In this document: piece after piece, positions 41,690-50,422 of the stretch
How the letters are laid out: every line of letters begins with the position of its first letter
Position numbering within the stretch: the first letter of the stretch is position 1
DNA from: an uncultured Actinomycetota bacterium
GTDB lineage: Bacteria; Actinomycetota; Thermoleophilia; RBG-16-64-13
Direction: 5' to 3'
DNA length: 64,000 nt
Assembly (NCBI GenBank): GCA_963803925.1
Contig: CAWDOM010000005.1
Location: 5,088 to 69,087, forward strand
Notes under the pieces: generated by a model
Told to the model about the DNA's origin: nothing
Databases searched by the model: none
What the model saw: only the letters and a program-made list of their open reading frames with translations
Translations under genes and position numbers: made by a program

Positions 41690-42337
41690 CTACTGGGTCT
41701 CGTCGCCCGCCCCTTCTCTCCGCGCCTTCTGCACAGTCTCGGCCCTTTCGATGGAGGCGTACCCGTAGCGCTCGACGGTGTTGCGCAGCACCGCTTCGGC
41801 CGGGTTTTCTCCCGCGGCGGCCATCTGCTGGTAGTGCTCTTCGAGGAGCTTCAGGGTCTTGGCGCTGTAGGAAGCCAACTCACCCCGGTTGTAGCTCTCG
41901 AACGAAGTGACGTACTTGTTGTCGCCGGTCGACCGCACCGGCCGCCCCTGGCCGGCCACGTGGGGGTACTTCGCCGCCAGCTCCTCCTGCCACTGCACCA
42001 ACATGCGCGTCAAACGCTCCACGAGATCCTCCGCCTCAGGCTCCAGCCGCGGGAGTTGGGCTTCGATGCGCCGGAACTCGCACGGCGACGTGTACTGCAT
42101 CATCCGCCCGTACTTCTCGGTCATGAGGTTGCGGTCGCGCTCGCGCGCGGCGTGCAGATCGTCGAGGTAGCCGGCGGCCACCTCGTCGTTCCACGACATG
42201 ATCTGACTCGAGCGCATGACCTCGAAGGTCTGGGGGCTCTGCTGGCACGACACCGGACCATCCATGCTCTGCACACTCGAGAACATCTCCCACTCGAGGC
42301 GCACGATTTCGTCGACGAGATTCTGATCAACAGCCAT
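41690..42337 (-). CDS. DUF4125-like all-helical protein
   Basis: GGAGAG upstream of the ATG at 42337. Segments: EWEMFSSVQSMDGPVSCQQSPQTFEVMRSSQIMSW...; RPVRSTGDNKYVTSFESYNRGELASYS. Confidence 0.65.
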   Translation of the reverse strand: MAVDQNLVDEIVRLEWEMFSSVQSMDGPVSCQQSPQTFEVMRSSQIMSWNDEVAAGYLDDLHAARERDRNLMTEKYGRMMQYTSPCEFRRIEAQLPRLEPEAEDLVERLTRMLVQWQEELAAKYPHVAGQGRPVRSTGDNKYVTSFESYNRGELASYSAKTLKLLEEHYQQMAAAGENPAEAVLRNTVERYGYASIERAETVQKARREGAGDETQ

Positions 42338-42348
42338 GGTTCTCTCCA

Positions 42349-43299
42349 CTATTCCATCATTACGGGCAGGTTGCGTAGCGCGTCGTTCTCGATGCGGGTC
42401 TGCACCGAGTAGGCGTGATCGAGCAGAAAATCGCTCGGCGAGTCGCTCAGACCTTCAGAGGTGAGACGGCCGACGAGAAGCGCGCTGATGTCTTCGACGA
42501 TTCTTGCCTGCTCGGTCAGCGCCGTTGGAGGCGTCGCCTGGCCCGGCCGGCTGCACAGGCGGGCCAGAAGCTCGTGCACTTCGCTGCCCAACACCGGGAG
42601 ATCGACGAGCCCGCGGTGCATCCACTTGTAGAAGGGCCGGTACCTCTTGTTGAGCAGGTAGACGACCGAGATCACCGCCTCGATGAACTGGCTGAGCCCG
42701 ACAGTGAGCCGCGACGAGGTCGCCCCGGTCGATCGAGCGCTTGAAGTTGTACTGTCCGGCCTGCCCCGCGGTGAAGCACCGGGCGGCCAGCTTCTTGAGC
42801 TGCAGGTCGCGCGGGTAGAAGGCGAGCAATCCTTCTCGAAACGCCGTGAACTCCCCCAGCGGGTCGGTGAAGACCTTGCCGTTGGTCGCCGTGGCGAGGT
42901 AGGTCTCGGGCAGCGCCCGCCACTCGGCGAGCGTGGCCGGCACGTGGTCGTAGCGGACGAACCGGCGGTAGAAGTCGGTGATCTCGAAGACGCCGGTGCG
43001 TCTGCCGGCGACCCACCGACTCGCTTCGGGGGCCGAAGCCGCCGAAGGCCTTGGGCAGTGACGTCGTAGGCACGCTGCAGCTCCGCGCCGAAGCGTTCGT
43101 GGTCGGCCGCGGTCAGCCAGAGGCAGAAGCCCGGGCCCCAGTCGTGGTCGCGCGAGATCTCGTCGTCGAAGCCGAAGCACTCCGAGCCTTCACCCACGAG
43201 ACCCACGGCGATGCGCTTCTGGTCGGCCCAGAAGTCCTCGGCCAGCATCGGGCGGCCGACCTCCTCGAAGTACCGCTCGGCGAGTTCGAGGCCCTTCAT
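42349..43299 (-). pseudogene. DUF4037-type nucleotidyltransferase-fold protein, 2 frameshifts
   Basis: MKGLELAERYFEEVGRPMLAEDF...GLVGEGSECFGFDDEISRDHDWGPGFCLWL (GS..DxD signature of the Pol-beta nucleotidyltransferase superfamily). The middle part is in ORF 42455..43180 (VFEITDFYRRFVRYDHVPATLAEWRALPETYLATATNGKVFTDPLGEF...). Confidence 0.65.
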
Positions 43300-43312
43300 C
43301 ACCGCGCGGGCT

Positions 43313-44188
43313 TCAAGCGTCGCCCCCGGGGCCGCCACCGGCCGTGCCGCCCTCCGGGCCGCCGCCCGCCGCCTGACTCAGCTTCTCGCGGGTGCGGGCC
43401 AGGTTCTTGCTCGTGCGCGCATAGTCGGGGTGCTCGGTGCCCAGCACCCGCTCGATCATGGCGAGCGCCTCGGCGAAGTGCGCCTCGGCACGGACATAGT
43501 CGCCCGCCACGAAACTGGCGGCCGCCAGGTTGTTCAGCCCGGTGAGGTACAGCACCGTGTCTTTGCCGGCGGTCTGCCCGTAGATGTCGAGTGTCTCGCT
43601 GAGAAACTCCGCGGCCTGCCCGTGCTGGCCTGTCGCCATAGCCACCGAGGCCAAGTTGTTGAGCGTGGTCGCGTAGGCGGTGTCGCGCTTGCCGCTCTTC
43701 CGCAGCACGGCCAGCGCCTGCTCGTGCAGCCGGCGCGCGTCGTCGTAGCGCTTGAGATCCTGGTAGACCAGGCCGAGATTGTTGAGCGCGCTCAGGTAGA
43801 CGAAGTGCTCGGCGCCGACGGTGCGCTCGTAGATGTCCATGGACTCCTTGAAGAGCGCCTGGGCCTTCTCGAACTCGCCCATGAGCCGGTAAGTGCCCGC
43901 CAAGTTGTTGATGGTGGTGGCGTAGTCGGCGTTTTCTTCGGCGCCACGGGCCCGGCCTTCGATGCCGGCCGCTTCGACGAAGGCCTCCTCCGACTCGGGG
44001 AGTCTCTTGAGAGCCCTGAGGAGCGACCCCAACTCGTTGAGGGCGGCGACGTAGAGCGCCGAATCGACCCCTGACTCCTCGCGGGTGAGCTCAGCGTACT
44101 CGCGCTGCAGCGGAACGATGTCGGGCAGGCGCCGCTGCTCTTCGAGGGCGGCGATGCGCGCCTTCAACTGGTCGAGTCTGTCAGTCAC
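43313..44188 (-). CDS. tetratricopeptide-repeat protein (TPR_10/12 type)
   Basis: GTG start 7 nt after AGGAG. Repeated ...A.(T/L)LNNLA..Y...G.Y..A units. Confidence 0.8.
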   Translation of the reverse strand: MTDRLDQLKARIAALEEQRRLPDIVPLQREYAELTREESGVDSALYVAALNELGSLLRALKRLPESEEAFVEAAGIEGRARGAEENADYATTINNLAGTYRLMGEFEKAQALFKESMDIYERTVGAEHFVYLSALNNLGLVYQDLKRYDDARRLHEQALAVLRKSGKRDTAYATTLNNLASVAMATGQHGQAAEFLSETLDIYGQTAGKDTVLYLTGLNNLAAASFVAGDYVRAEAHFAEALAMIERVLGTEHPDYARTSKNLARTREKLSQAAGGGPEGGTAGGGPGGDA

Positions 44189-44300
44189 GGTCTACTCCTG
44201 TTCGGCGGAATCAGTGGCGTCGTTCACCGTTTCGACCCAGGTTACACCCAGAGCGCGGGCCGCATTGGCTTGGCGCCCCCCGCTGGAAGGCCGCGCGGCG

Positions 44301-45359
44301 CTACGCCAACCGGCGCAAGACCAGACTGGCCGACTGCACCCCCGGGCACGCCGTCCAGAGCGCGACGATCGAGTTTTTGGCGATCTGACCCGCCTCCCCC
44401 AGTTCCGCCAGGTCGACGAGTGGGTCGGCGACCGCCATGTTGCCGTACTTGGCTCGCAGGTTGCGGTAGGTGTCGGGGCTGAGTCCGGCCGCTTGCAGAT
44501 CTTCCCGCCACGCCGCCTCGAGATGACCGGCGTGGGAAGCGATAACCATGTCCAGGTCTCCCGGCGCCAGACCGGCCTTCTTCAAGGCCCTCGCGAGACT
44601 TTCGCCGAAGAAGCCCTTTCGACCCGCCACCTCGTCGAACGACGGATCGTCGAGAACCAGGTATGCCCCGTTCTTGTTCTCGACACCGGCCTTAGTCGCG
44701 AGATCTGGGTTGGCGAGGGGCCGCACCGGGCCGAAGTTGCCGTTGAGGGTCCCGCCGGGTCGAGACTTCACCGCGTAGGTCTCGACGTGGTAGGCGAGGA
44801 ACTCGCACGTGAGATTCCCGGCCGAGACGACGGCCGCGGCGGCGCCGTCACCGTAGTTGAGGGCGAGCGGATCGGTGAGGTCGACGCCGAACCCCACTTC
44901 TCCGCCGATCTGAGCCGCCACCGCTATCAGAAGAACCCGCCTGCACAGGCCGCTACGCACGGAGTTCCAGGCCACGAAGGCCGCGTCGAGGATGCTCACG
45001 TTGTCGTCGACGATGTTACGCACGAGCGCGTCGCCGCGAAGCCCAAGATTGAGGTGAACGTACGAACCGAGCAGAGGCATGAATTGTTTGCCGCCGGTCT
45101 GGGCGATGAGCAGGCCGTCGACGTCGGAGGCGCTCAGTCCACTCTCGGCGAGCGCTTTGCGGCCGGCGCCGAGCGCCATGATCTCGGCCGCGCTGACGTC
45201 CTTCAGGCGCCGCACCTCCCGGGGCGCGTTCGAGCGCAGGCTTTGCTGGAGGGGCTGAGGCAGCTTCGCGATCGCGGGTTCCAGGTACGCGTAGTGCTCG
45301 TTCACGTTCAGCACCTCCGCGGGGAGGTACGCGACTGCCGTCTCGAATCCAACCTTCAT
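44301..45359 (-). CDS. FabH/KAS-III-like thiolase-fold protein, non-canonical subunit (active-site Cys replaced by Asn)
   Basis: The ATG at 45359 lies 2 nt after the upstream stop, with GAGGAGG inside that gene's 3' end. NIVDDNVSILDAAFVAW aligns with NIGNCCASFVDACQIAW of the neighbouring gene. His (SHAG) and Asn (YGNMA) are retained. Confidence 0.75.
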   Translation of the reverse strand: MKVGFETAVAYLPAEVLNVNEHYAYLEPAIAKLPQPLQQSLRSNAPREVRRLKDVSAAEIMALGAGRKALAESGLSASDVDGLLIAQTGGKQFMPLLGSYVHLNLGLRGDALVRNIVDDNVSILDAAFVAWNSVRSGLCRRVLLIAVAAQIGGEVGFGVDLTDPLALNYGDGAAAAVVSAGNLTCEFLAYHVETYAVKSRPGGTLNGNFGPVRPLANPDLATKAGVENKNGAYLVLDDPSFDEVAGRKGFFGESLARALKKAGLAPGDLDMVIASHAGHLEAAWREDLQAAGLSPDTYRNLRAKYGNMAVADPLVDLAELGEAGQIAKNSIVALWTACPGVQSASLVLRRLA

Positions 45360-45361
45360 GT

Positions 45362-46381
45362 TCAACGCGCCTCCTCGCCCAGCCACCGCAGAATCAGGCA
45401 ACCCAGGGAGATGCCCGAGCCGGGCACCCACAGCGCGACCACCGAGCCCGGTTTGACGAGCCCGTCTTCGACGAACTGAACCAGATCTGTCGGCAGATCG
45501 GTGTGGCCGGTGTTGCCCGTCTTCAGCCTCAGGTTCTGAAAAGCCTCCTCGCCCAGGCCGGCGTCCACGAGGTCCTGCTTCCAGGCCGCCTCGCAGTCGC
45601 CCAAATGGTGACAGATGACCAAGTCCAGCGCGGTGAGGGGCAATCCCGCTCTCGCCATCGCCTTCTCGAGGCTGTCTCGAAGGTATGCCGGCCGGCTCGC
45701 GACTTCGATGTAGGAGATGTCGTCCATGCAGAAGTAGGGCCCCACCCCGGACGGCACACCCGCCGCTTCCGCGAGCTCCGGATTGTCCAGAGGCCGCACC
45801 TCTCCCCGGGCGGAGCGGTAGCAGGTGCCGTCGGTCTCGCCGTAGTACGACAGGAACTCGCACATGAGGTTCTCGGAGGAGACGATGGCCGCCGCGGCGC
45901 CGTCGCCGAAGATGGGAGCGATGGCCATGGTGAGGTCGGTCGTGCCGCCGTTCGGCCCGCCCGCTAGGGCCGCCGAGGCCACGATCAACACCCGCTTGCA
46001 CGCGCCGCTCTCGACCAGGTTCCACGCGATCTGGCAGGCGTCGACGAAGCTGGCGCAGCAGTTGCCGATGTTGAGCATGGGCGTGTCGAGATCGAGCCCG
46101 AGTTCGCGGTGCAGGCTCACGGCGGCGCCGATAACGTAGTCGATGTCCGAGGGCGCCAGGCCGCCGCGGTCGAGCGCCTCTTGCGCTATCTCGATGGCCA
46201 TGAGCTCGGCTCTGTCGCCCTCCTTGCCCCGGTACTTGCGCACCTCGTCGGGCACGATGGAGAACTGCTCGCGCAGTTGCTCGGGGAGCTTCGCGAGCGC
46301 CGGCGCGAGATAGTCGAAGTGCTCCCTGGGGATCACTTCTTGGGGAAGGTGCCGCACGATGGTTTCGAAACCAACCTTCAT
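45362..46381 (-). CDS. FabH/KAS-III-like condensing enzyme with complete Cys-His-Asn triad
   Basis: NCCASF (Cys), ICHHLG (His), TGNTGHTDLP (Asn); 339 aa. Confidence 0.8.
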   Translation of the reverse strand: MKVGFETIVRHLPQEVIPREHFDYLAPALAKLPEQLREQFSIVPDEVRKYRGKEGDRAELMAIEIAQEALDRGGLAPSDIDYVIGAAVSLHRELGLDLDTPMLNIGNCCASFVDACQIAWNLVESGACKRVLIVASAALAGGPNGGTTDLTMAIAPIFGDGAAAAIVSSENLMCEFLSYYGETDGTCYRSARGEVRPLDNPELAEAAGVPSGVGPYFCMDDISYIEVASRPAYLRDSLEKAMARAGLPLTALDLVICHHLGDCEAAWKQDLVDAGLGEEAFQNLRLKTGNTGHTDLPTDLVQFVEDGLVKPGSVVALWVPGSGISLGCLILRWLGEEAR

Positions 46382-46423
46382 TCTTGATTCACTCCCGATG
46401 ACCGTGTTTCTCGCGACCCATGA

Positions 46424-47182
46424 CTACGTCATGCCCGAGATGCGGATGCACTGACCGACGATGTGTCTGGAGACGTCCGACACCAAGAAGGCCACCAGAT
46501 TGCCGATGTCTTCGGGCGTGATGGTCTTGCCGGCCGCGTCCAACTCGGCGGCGTGGGCGATGTACTCGTCGGAGAAACCGCCGGCCGAGGCCAAGAAGTC
46601 GGTGTTGCCCAGCCCCGGCGCGATGCAGTTGACGTTGATGCCCGAGTCGGCCACTTCGAGCGCGAGGCCGCCGCTGAAGTTGATGATCGCCGCCTTGGTC
46701 GCGCCGTATACACTGCCCAGAGGAACGCTGATGACGCCGGCCACTGAGGCCATGGTGATGATCTTGCCCTGGCCGCGCGCCAGCATGTGCGGCAGCACGG
46801 CCTGGCTGCAGTACATGGTGCCGCGCAGGTTGGTGTCGAGACTGCGGTCCCACTCGGCCTCGGTCGACTCGACGAACGGCTTGCGCGGAGTGCCGACACC
46901 GGCGTTGTTGACCAGGATGTCTACCTTCTCGAACTCTTCGAGACAGCGAGCGACCATGCGCTTGACGTCGTCACCGCTCGTGACGTCGGTCTTCACCGCC
47001 ACTGCTCTACGCCCCAGCTCGCGCACCGAGCCGGCCGTCAGTTCGGCCCCGTCGAGATCGATGTCGCTGACCAGAAGGTCGCAGCCCTCGGCGGCCAGCC
47101 TCAGCGCGATGCCGCGGCCGAACCCTTTCTGGCTGCCCGCTCCTGTCACAATGGCGACTTTGCCGCCGAGCGCTAGATCCAC
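46424..47182 (-). CDS. short-chain dehydrogenase/reductase (FabG-like)
   Basis: GTG at 47182 after GAGGAG gives VDLALGGKVAIVTGAGSQKGFGRG, NNAG and YGATK. Confidence 0.8.
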   Translation of the reverse strand: MDLALGGKVAIVTGAGSQKGFGRGIALRLAAEGCDLLVSDIDLDGAELTAGSVRELGRRAVAVKTDVTSGDDVKRMVARCLEEFEKVDILVNNAGVGTPRKPFVESTEAEWDRSLDTNLRGTMYCSQAVLPHMLARGQGKIITMASVAGVISVPLGSVYGATKAAIINFSGGLALEVADSGINVNCIAPGLGNTDFLASAGGFSDEYIAHAAELDAAGKTITPEDIGNLVAFLVSDVSRHIVGQCIRISGMT

Positions 47183-47372
47183 TCTCTCTCCTCGCCTAGA
47201 CATCCTTGGAACCCATGATAGCGTGACTCCCGGCCGCGGCCGGGGTGGAGGGCGTGCTATACTGCCGGCAAGCATTCGTTAGGTATCTTCTTTAGGCCTT
47301 GCGCCGAGCCTCTCAACCTCTTCGCTCAGTCTCCAGTCTTTCCCTGTCGTATGTCGCACTATCACTCCATTC

Positions 47373-47696
47373 ATGGAGGTTCTCGTGAACGCATCAAAAC
47401 TGTACGTGGGCAATTTCAGCTACGAGATGACCGAAGCCGGCATCCGCACGCTCTTCGAACCGCATGGCGAGGTGACCTCGGTCAGTCTCATCACCGACCG
47501 CGACACCGGCCGCTCCAAGGGATTCGGTTTCGTCGAGATGGCATCGGCTGACGAAGCCCAGAAGGCCAAGACCGCCCTCGACGGCACCCAGGTCGACGGT
47601 CGCGCGCTCAAGGTCGACGTGGCCAAGGAGAAGGAAGCCCGCGCTCCTCGCTCAGGTGGCGGCGGCTACGGTGGCGGCGGCGGCAACCGCTGGTAG
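47373..47696 (+). CDS. RRM-type RNA-binding protein with Gly-rich tail
   Basis: RNP2 LYVGNF, RNP1 KGFGFVEM, tail GGGGYGGGGGNRW. Confidence 0.85.
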   Translation: MEVLVNASKLYVGNFSYEMTEAGIRTLFEPHGEVTSVSLITDRDTGRSKGFGFVEMASADEAQKAKTALDGTQVDGRALKVDVAKEKEARAPRSGGGGYGGGGGNRW

Positions 47697-47760
47697 GAGT
47701 CGCACCACAGAACTGCCGGCCACGCCTTGGGCTGACCGGCCGCGCCTAGGCGCAATCACG

Positions 47761-47786
47761 AAACGCCGGCCTTCGGGCCGGCGTTT
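47761..47786 (+). terminator. rho-independent terminator
   Basis: AAACGCCGGCC-TTCG-GGCCGGCGTTT is an 11-bp perfect stem with a tetraloop, followed by CTGTT. Confidence 0.7.
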
Positions 47787-47882
47787 CTGTTGCCCAAACG
47801 ATGAGACTCTCTTCGCGGGCCCCGTGCGCGAATACGATGTGCGGCGGCTGGTTCGTCGATCGCGCGGTCGCGGCCCCTTGCT

Positions 47883-48164
47883 CTAGTAGTATCTGATCTT
47901 GCGGACGACCATGTCTTCTTCGACCGCTATGAAACAGGACTGCACCATGCGCCCATCCTCCAGCTCGACGGCGCAGCCCCCGCAGGAGCCGAACCCTCCG
48001 CACGCTGGGTTGATGAAGTTGACGCTCTCCAGGGCACGCATCAGAAGCGTGCCGGGCGGCACCTCTACCTTCGCCATCTCCATACCGGTGCGGCCCAGGC
48101 AGGTGATCGTCACCAGCCGGCCGGCTTCCGCGCCCGCCGGCCCGTCTTCGCTAGCCTCGCTCAT
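47883..48164 (-). CDS. small [2Fe-2S] ferredoxin-like protein (Fer2_4-like Cys spacing)
   Basis: ACGGFGSCGGCAVELEDGRMVQSC (C-x5-C-x2-C-x12-C). It is the last gene of the operon. Confidence 0.6.
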   Translation of the reverse strand: MSEASEDGPAGAEAGRLVTITCLGRTGMEMAKVEVPPGTLLMRALESVNFINPACGGFGSCGGCAVELEDGRMVQSCFIAVEEDMVVRKIRYY

Positions 48165-48174
48165 GCGGCCCCCG

Positions 48175-49245
48175 TCAGCGTATGTACAGGTCGGGCCGGC
48201 CGTGGGCGAACATCTCGTCGATGGGCATCGGCGTGGGCAGCTTGTAGAGCCGGGCCGCGTTGCCGCCCACGATCAGGTTGATCTGGTCTTGGGTCGCCAT
48301 GTTCAAGTCCTTGAGGCGATGGATCTGGTGGGTCGCCCAGCCATACCAGTCGGGGGAGTAGGGCAGCTCCCTGGGCTGGTTGTCCGCCGGCCAGGTCGTC
48401 CGGTTGTAGAACACCTGGTGCTCGTTGAGGTACTTGGCCGCCGGCCTCAGCGCGTGGTGCATCCAGATGCGGCTGCCGGTGTCGCCACCTCCCCAGATGA
48501 GGCGCTTGCAGGTGACGTTCTGGTCGTGGATGGCCATCTCGTAGAACTCGGCCTTCCAGTAGCCCGTCTCCAGGTAGACATTGGTGAACGAGCTGGCGAA
48601 TTGAATCGCTTCGCGCACCTCGTTCTCAGCCTGGCCGCCGCCGTGGTTGATGAGGACCTTGAGTTCCGGATACGTCGAGCAGGTCATGCCGAGCACGTCA
48701 AAGGCTTCGCTGGGGCGGATGCCGACCGTCATTGCACCGTAGCCCCGGTACTCGTGGAAGTGTACACACACGTCGTGCTTGATCGCCAACTCCGCGATCG
48801 CCGCCCACTCCTCGCAACGCTGCTGATAACTAGGCGGCTTGCGCATGGTGCCCATGGAGCCCGGCGCGAACTCGCCGATGCCCACAAAGACGTCCGGCTC
48901 GGCAGTGATGGCGTCATCGATCTCCTTGATGGCCGCCTCGATGGTCCATTGCGTCTCCCCGCGCGCGGCCTTGATGCGCTGCGTCGTGTCCATGCAGCAG
49001 GTGCGGAAACGGGTGGGGTGCTTCTTGACCATGGCCGCGTATAGCTCCTTGGTCGTCCCGGTGAAGCTCGGCAGCAGGACCCCCATGTCGATGCCGTAGG
49101 CATTCATGTCGAACACAGCCCAATCGGAGCTGTCGTCGGGCACGACCTCAGCGAAAATGCCGTGTGCCGGGTTGGACTCTGGAGCGTGCGCATCCTTCTT
49201 GCCCGAATGGATGTGACCGTCTACGACCCATCTGCCGATCTTCAT
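48175..49245 (-). CDS. Amidohydro_2 (ACMSD/LigW/LigI-type TIM-barrel metal hydrolase or decarboxylase), paralogue 1, intact
   Basis: AAGGAGA upstream. Segments: VVDGHIH, YGIDMGVLLPS, GIGEFAPG, HFHEY, VYLETGYW. Confidence 0.8.
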   Translation of the reverse strand: MKIGRWVVDGHIHSGKKDAHAPESNPAHGIFAEVVPDDSSDWAVFDMNAYGIDMGVLLPSFTGTTKELYAAMVKKHPTRFRTCCMDTTQRIKAARGETQWTIEAAIKEIDDAITAEPDVFVGIGEFAPGSMGTMRKPPSYQQRCEEWAAIAELAIKHDVCVHFHEYRGYGAMTVGIRPSEAFDVLGMTCSTYPELKVLINHGGGQAENEVREAIQFASSFTNVYLETGYWKAEFYEMAIHDQNVTCKRLIWGGGDTGSRIWMHHALRPAAKYLNEHQVFYNRTTWPADNQPRELPYSPDWYGWATHQIHRLKDLNMATQDQINLIVGGNAARLYKLPTPMPIDEMFAHGRPDLYIR

Positions 49246-49289
49246 GCTGGTCTCCTTTGCGTTGCGCGTGCCGGTTGCGGGACGCTCCG

Positions 49290-50394
49290 TCAGCGTATGT
49301 ACAGGTCAGGCCGCCCGTGGGCGAACATCTCGTCGATGGGCATCGGGGTGGGCAGCTTGTAGAGCCGGGCCGCGTTGCCGCCGACGATCAGGTTGATCTG
49401 GTCTTGGGTCGCGAGGTTCAGATCCTTCAGGCGGTGGATCTGGTGGGTGGCCCAGCCGTACCAGTCGGGCAGGTAGGGCAGCTCCTCGGGCTGGTTGTCG
49501 GCAGGCCAGGTCGTCCGGTTGAAAAGCACTTGGTGCTCGTTGAGATACTTGGCCGCCGGCCTCAGCGCATGGTGCATCCAGATGCGGCTACCCGTGTCGC
49601 CCGCCTCCCCAGATGAGGCGCTTGCAGGTGACGTTCTGGTCGTGGATGGCCATCTCGTAGTGCTCGGCTTTCCAGTAGCCGGTTTCGAGATATACGTTGG
49701 GGAAGGAGCTCGCGAACTGCATCGCTTCGCGTATCTCGTCTTCTGACTGGCCGCCGCCATGGTTGATGAGCACCTTGCAGCTCCGGGTAGGCGCAGCAGG
49801 TCATGCCGAGCACGTCGAACGCTTCGCTGGGGCGAATGCCCATGCGCATGGCCCCGTACCCTCCGTACTCGTGGAAGTGCACGCACACGTTGTGCTTGAT
49901 CGCCAGCTCGGCGATCGCCGACCATTCGTCCAGACCCGCTGCTCGTAGCTCGGCGGTCTGCGGACGGTGCCCATGCACCCCGGAGCGAACTCGCCGATTC
50001 CCACGAACACGTCGGGCTCGGCGGTAACGGCCTCGTCGATCTCCTTGATGGCCGCCTCAATGGTCCATTCGGTTTCGCCCCGGGCGGCCTTGATTCGCTG
50101 CGTCGTATCCATGATGCAGGTGCGAAAGCGGTCGGGGCGCTTCTTCACCATGTCGCCGTAGAGTTCTTTGGTCGTGCCGGTGAAGCTCGGCAGAAGGATT
50201 CCCATGTCGATGCCGTAGGCGTCCATGTCGAAGACGGCCCAGTCGGAGCTGTCGACACCGATGACCTCTCCCCCGGCGAAGGTCGGCAGCTTCGCCTTCG
50301 CGGCGGGTGTGTCCTCGCTGCCGGCCTGCGGCGCCTTGTGGTCCTTCTTGCCGCAATGGATGTGACCGTCAACGACGAATCTACCGATCTTCAT
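49290..50394 (-). pseudogene. Amidohydro_2 paralogue 2, at least 3 frameshifts
   Basis: MKIGRFVVDGHIHCGKKD... (inside ORF 49801..50871), then ORFs 49562..49978, 49588..49773 and 49290..50060. GAGGAGGGA upstream of the ATG at 50394. Confidence 0.8.
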
Positions 50395-50422
50395 CCCAGT
50401 CCCTCCTCTCTTCAGCAGGCTC

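Larger units (their letters stand above)
48175..50394 (-). repeat. tandem duplication of the amidohydrolase gene (period ~1115 bp)
   Basis: By eye, 48175.. and 49290.. align along essentially the whole gene. I estimate 85-90% nucleotide identity, highest in the 3' ~390 nt. This was not computed. Confidence 0.8.
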
